Made by a program: the position numbers and the translations under genes. 64,000 nucleotides of DNA from NCBI GenBank assembly GCA_965112735.1, contig OZ218951.1:2666001-2730000 (forward strand), written 5' to 3'. Numbering within the stretch: position 1 is the stretch's first letter; every line of letters begins with the position of its first letter. Of the stretch, positions 59,969-64,000 are shown in pieces. The DNA is from Phaeosaccion multiseriatum. Taxonomy: Eukaryota > Protista > Ochrophyta, other classes. Below the pieces are notes generated by a model. The model worked only from the letters and a program-made list of their open reading frames with translations, ran no database searches and had not been told where the DNA came from.

Positions 59969-62043
59969 TGATTCATCCACCCACTGACTTACTGAGTCAC
60001 TTACTCACCTGCATCAGCATTGTATCCACCTCGTCAATCACGACGTGCTTCACATTGCCCATATACACGTTGTTCTGACAGGGAAAAAAAGGAAAGGGGG
60101 TGGATGGGTGGGTGGGGGAGAGAAGGAGCCCACACATGGCAAGACGGGTGGAGTAGAGAGGGGAGGGAGGGAACACTCTTTAACTCATCTGCTCTCGCGC
60201 TGTCTCTCTCTTCTACCGAGTACGTACCCACGCACACACACACACCCATCCCACGCACCCACTCACACACGCACCCATCCACCCCCCCCTCTCCCCCCCC
60301 ACGCACACGCAAACGCACCTGGTCCCTGTGCTTGAGCAGCCTGCCTGGAGAGGCCACAACGAGGTCCACCACGCCGCCGAGGATCCTCTTCTGCTTGCCG
60401 TAGTCCTCTGTCACCAAAACAAGGTGTGTGTGTGTGAGAGAGAGAGAGCGCGTGTGTGAGCGGAGTGTAGTGCAAGGGCAAAAGTGCGATGGCAGTGGAG
60501 GGGTAAAAGGCGGATGGCAGTGGAGGGGTACAAGGGGGATGGCAGTGGAGGGGCACAAGGGGGATGGCAGTGGAGGGGACACCACGCACCTCCGCCCATG
60601 ACCACTGTGGAGGCAATTTTGGCCTTGTGAGCAAGCTTCTTCGTCACCTCCAGCACCTTCAGAGTGCAGCACAGAGGAGGAGGAGGAGGAGGGGGGGGAG
60701 GGGCGTTAAGGCAAGCCAATCCTCAACTCCTGCACTCAAGCATAAAGCTTCCCACGCGAGTGAGGAGTGAGGCCCTCCTTAGCTTAGTGAGGCCCAGCAG
60801 GAGGGCCTGGGCTGGGCTGGGCTGAACTGACTACGTTGAGTTGTGCTGTGCTTACTCAGGTATGAGTGAGTGAAGCTTTCCATCTGTCAACTTCGCCTGC
60901 CTTCTGATCATCTCGTATCCTCTGTCTTTTGTCTGTCTCACACTCTCTCCTTCCTGACCTGTGCTGCCAGCTCTCTAGTGGGGACAAGCACCAGCGATCT
61001 CGGTCGCTGCTGCTTTCGCTCCACGCCATTCACCTGCTCCTGCGCCTTGAGCTGCTGAATCACTGGAGATGGAGGGGTGGAGGGGGGGGGGCGGCAAAGC
61101 AAACAGTTTCGGAAAAGGAGGGTGTGTCGTGAGGGAGGAGGAGCAGCCACAGCCCTGTTGGTGATGCTGGTGGAAAACCACTTTGAGTTGGAAAGAACGA
61201 AAGGCACTGAAGAAATCATTATATCTCTCCGTTGCTCACAGGAGGGGCGCGTGTGGGATTCGGATGCAAGGAGCTCCCCCCCCAATTGGAATCGCGGTGT
61301 GGGAAGGCCTTGAACACCAAGGAGAGAGGAGAGAGAGAAAACCCAGCTAGCGCCGACGAAGGCCTCGACTTACATGGAAGAAGGTAGGCAATTGTCTTTC
61401 CCGATCCCGTGGCTGCAGCAAAGCACACATTCCCGCCGGACAGCACCTGGGGCACCGCCACCCTCTGTATGGGAGCAGGCTTCTCAAAGCCAAAGTCTTC
61501 GGCCAGAGCCTGCTGCAGCTCGGGAAGCAGCCCGAGTGCGTCGAAATCAGGTACTTCCTCCGGCTCCTGTGCTGTTGGTCCCATGAAGGGCTGGTCAGAG
61601 AGCGTCGCTAGTGAGTTGTACAGCCGACTGCCACTGCCTCTCCTACTGCTACAGCAGCTGCTGCTGCTGTCACTCCTACTACTGCTCATTGCGTCCCTCC
61701 CTCTGATGCGCCCGCTACCACCACTCGTCCCATAGGCAGCACTTGCCGAGCCGAAGGTGGGGGCGAACGCGGTACAGCTGCTTCGAGAGGTGGATCTAGA
61801 GCGTGCGGCGAGAGAGGTGAAAGGCGTTCTCGTCGTCGTCCCTCTCAGCACGAATCCAGACGCCCGAGTTGCAAGACAAAAAAGCATGACGGCTGCGGTA
61901 GTTGCGATAGCTGGTGCCCCTGCCACTGTGGCTGCTCCTCCTCCTCCTGCCCCCCCCCGTCGCCACTCGCCTCTGCCGCCTCTGCTCTCCTTGCTGCTCC
62001 CTTTGCTCCTGCTGCGGCTCTGGCGCTCGCAAAGCCCACTCAT
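57257..62043 (-). CDS. DEAD-box RNA helicase, plastid RH39/RH50-like, with C-terminal RGG tail (multi-exon)
   Basis: Q motif [62 protein letters not shown] and [11 protein letters not shown]-terminal RASGF presequence-like motif; last exon ends in (GGRG)n. Confidence 0.9.
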
Positions 62044-62419
62044 CCCCTCACTCTCTCACTCTCTCAGCACCAAGTCTTGAAGGCGAAGCGAAGAATGTTA
62101 CCCTTAAGCTCCTAAGCTCCAGAGAAGGCAGGCCTTGGCCTGAATCTCCACCTCTCTGCGCCTCGCTCTCCGCCTTCTCCGACTAAGTCAGACCCTCACA
62201 AAGAAACCTCAGGCCAAGACGAGCAGGAGCCACAAGGAAAGCGTCGTCTACAGTGCTTACTGTTCTTGGTTGTCTTTTATTTCCTCTTACATTCTGTGTG
62301 GTGCCCCAAAGCCAAGGGCGAACCAACTGAAACTCAAATAGCCCTCCCGTCCTATTTCGATTTCTCTCTCGATCCTCAACCTGTAGCGAGCCAGACAGGG
62401 GTATTATACCTATGTGAAC

Positions 62420-63122
62420 ATGAGCTGCATGTGCTGCCACCGAGTAGGTCATGTACTGGTCCTGCTACTCCTGCTTGTGGCTTGGACTGACTCATTCGTG
62501 CAGGAATGCACCAGGGGAAGAGGCGCCTTGGCTCTTGCCGCCAAGAAAGGGAAGAGTAGTAAAGGCGGGAAGAAGAGGAAGGCAACGGGTGGAAGTGGTA
62601 GTGGAATGGGCTTCGGCTCTGGCGGCGAGCTGGGGTCTGCAGAGGTGTCTGTGCTGACCCGGGCGCCGGCTGCAGCAGCAATACCAGCGGCAGGCACCTT
62701 GCCAGACGACAATTTCCCCACCTTTCCACCCCTGCCCAAACACGTCAAGGACACCCTGGAGGGCCTGGTGGCCGCTGGAGAGGGGAAGGAGGCAGGCAGG
62801 GAGCTCATGTCGGCGGAAGTTGCGGATAGGGTTAAGCAAGTCTACGGCTTTGGTAGCTTCCAGGCTGAGGTGGGCCACCCTCTCTTCCCGGGGCTGAGGG
62901 TACTGCATAGAGACCCCACCGTCATCGCTGTCGACGATTTCTTCACGGCAGAGGAGGTGCGTGCATGGAGGCTGCAGATCGGTGGCAGCGGCTCCTTGCG
63001 GCATTCGGGGCTCCACACGGTGTGCTCACTGATTGACGTCCCACTACCCCCCTTGTCGCTCTGTCTTCTACTGCTTCTGTTGCTGGTGCTGCTGGTGCTG
63101 CTGCTGCTGGTGCTGCTGCTGC

Positions 63123-63158
<36 letters not shown>

Positions 63159-64000
63159 TGCTGCCTCATATTCCACGGTGTTCTCAACCGTGACTGCTGC
63201 TCCAACGTATCGTGTCCTCCTCTCCTCTCTTGTTGTTGTTTGATCAGTGCGATGAATACATCGCCATGTCCAACAACTGGCGAGAGGGTAGAGCCATTCC
63301 AACAGGAGCAGAAGGAGCAGCAGCAGGACGCACACCTGCCTCTCACAAACAACAGTCCGGAGTACTGGACAGCAAGGACAAAGCCGCGTCAGCCCAACGC
63401 ACCTCCACCACATGGTTTCACCACTTTAGGTCTGCCCCGGAGCTCATGGCCAAGAGCTCTGCCCTGCTGGGGGTGTCCTTTGATGACGAGAGGTGGGAGG
63501 AGCCGCAGACGGTGCGCTACCGGGCAGGGGAGAAGTTCACATGGTACGTAAGATGGATGGTGGTTTCGATTCGTTCATTCATTGCAGTAGATTGATTGAA
63601 TGGTAAGGGATTGATCAATTGATGGATTGGTTGATCGACACACCCAGACAGATTGTAAGCGGCTAATGTTTGAGAGTGGGTGCAATAAGATGATACACTG
63701 CAGACGGGTTTGGAAGAGGCTGGCCTTGAGAGGGGAAGAGTGTATGTAGCTCCAGAGAGGGAAAGGCATATCATACGCTCTCTTCCTAACTACTACAAAG
63801 TATTTCGTATGCGTGTACATGCGTGGCACGCGCGCTTGGTTCATTCCGTAGGCCTCTTGTCTCGCTCGGTATGCCCCTTTGTAATTAACCTCTTTCTTGC
63901 TCCTCTCTCAATCTCACAATTGACACTTGATTTGCTCGGTTTTCTTGCTCGGGTCGATCGGCCCTTATCATCAACAGGCATATGGACGCCATCCCGGCTG
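62420..64000 (+). CDS. Prolyl-4-hydroxylase-like 2OG-Fe(II) oxygenase, probably plastid-targeted, 3' end outside window
   Basis: Signal peptide (AWTDS|F), LHRDPTVIAVDDFFTAEE|CDEYI, RTSTTWF and EEPQTVRYRAGEKFTW|HMD (HxD motif). Exons about 62420-62956, 63248-63544 and 63978->64000. Confidence 0.85.

Noticed and set aside
1-64000. tRNA, rRNA or other structured RNA genes
   Set aside because: None recognisable by eye. A covariance-model scan would be needed to exclude small intronic RNAs.

Overview
GC-rich, intron-containing eukaryotic DNA with microsatellite-filled introns. It is most likely a flagellated photosynthetic stramenopile (ochrophyte), inferred from bipartite ASAF-like plastid presequences, OHP2 and CFAP69. 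The dominant feature is the 5' part of a giant spliced modular type I polyketide synthase gene on the minus strand (19234 to beyond position 1; 11 exons, at least 4414 aa in the window). Its architecture is FAAL-ACP-[KS-ACP, no AT]-[KS-AT-DH-ER-KR-ACP]-[KS-AT-KR...]. All three KS domains carry an intron at the same codon and phase, the two AT domains are about 97% identical at DNA level, and one intron holds a 3.7 kb perfect (GGGA)n array. Next comes a kinesin-6-like pseudogene interrupted by a 5'-truncated RLE-type non-LTR retrotransposon with a 14-bp target-site duplication. The rest of the window holds an SGNH-hydrolase-like gene, an AT-hook/Tudor-like chromatin gene, a coiled-coil gene, mitochondrial FAD glycerol-3-phosphate dehydrogenase, an intronless V-ATPase B gene, a CPWD-type ankyrin gene with a decayed paralogue flanking CFAP69, OHP2, a plastid-type DEAD-box helicase and the start of a prolyl-4-hydroxylase-like 2OG-Fe(II) oxygenase. 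Exon boundaries were derived by hand from GT-AG signals and protein motifs; no database searches were run.
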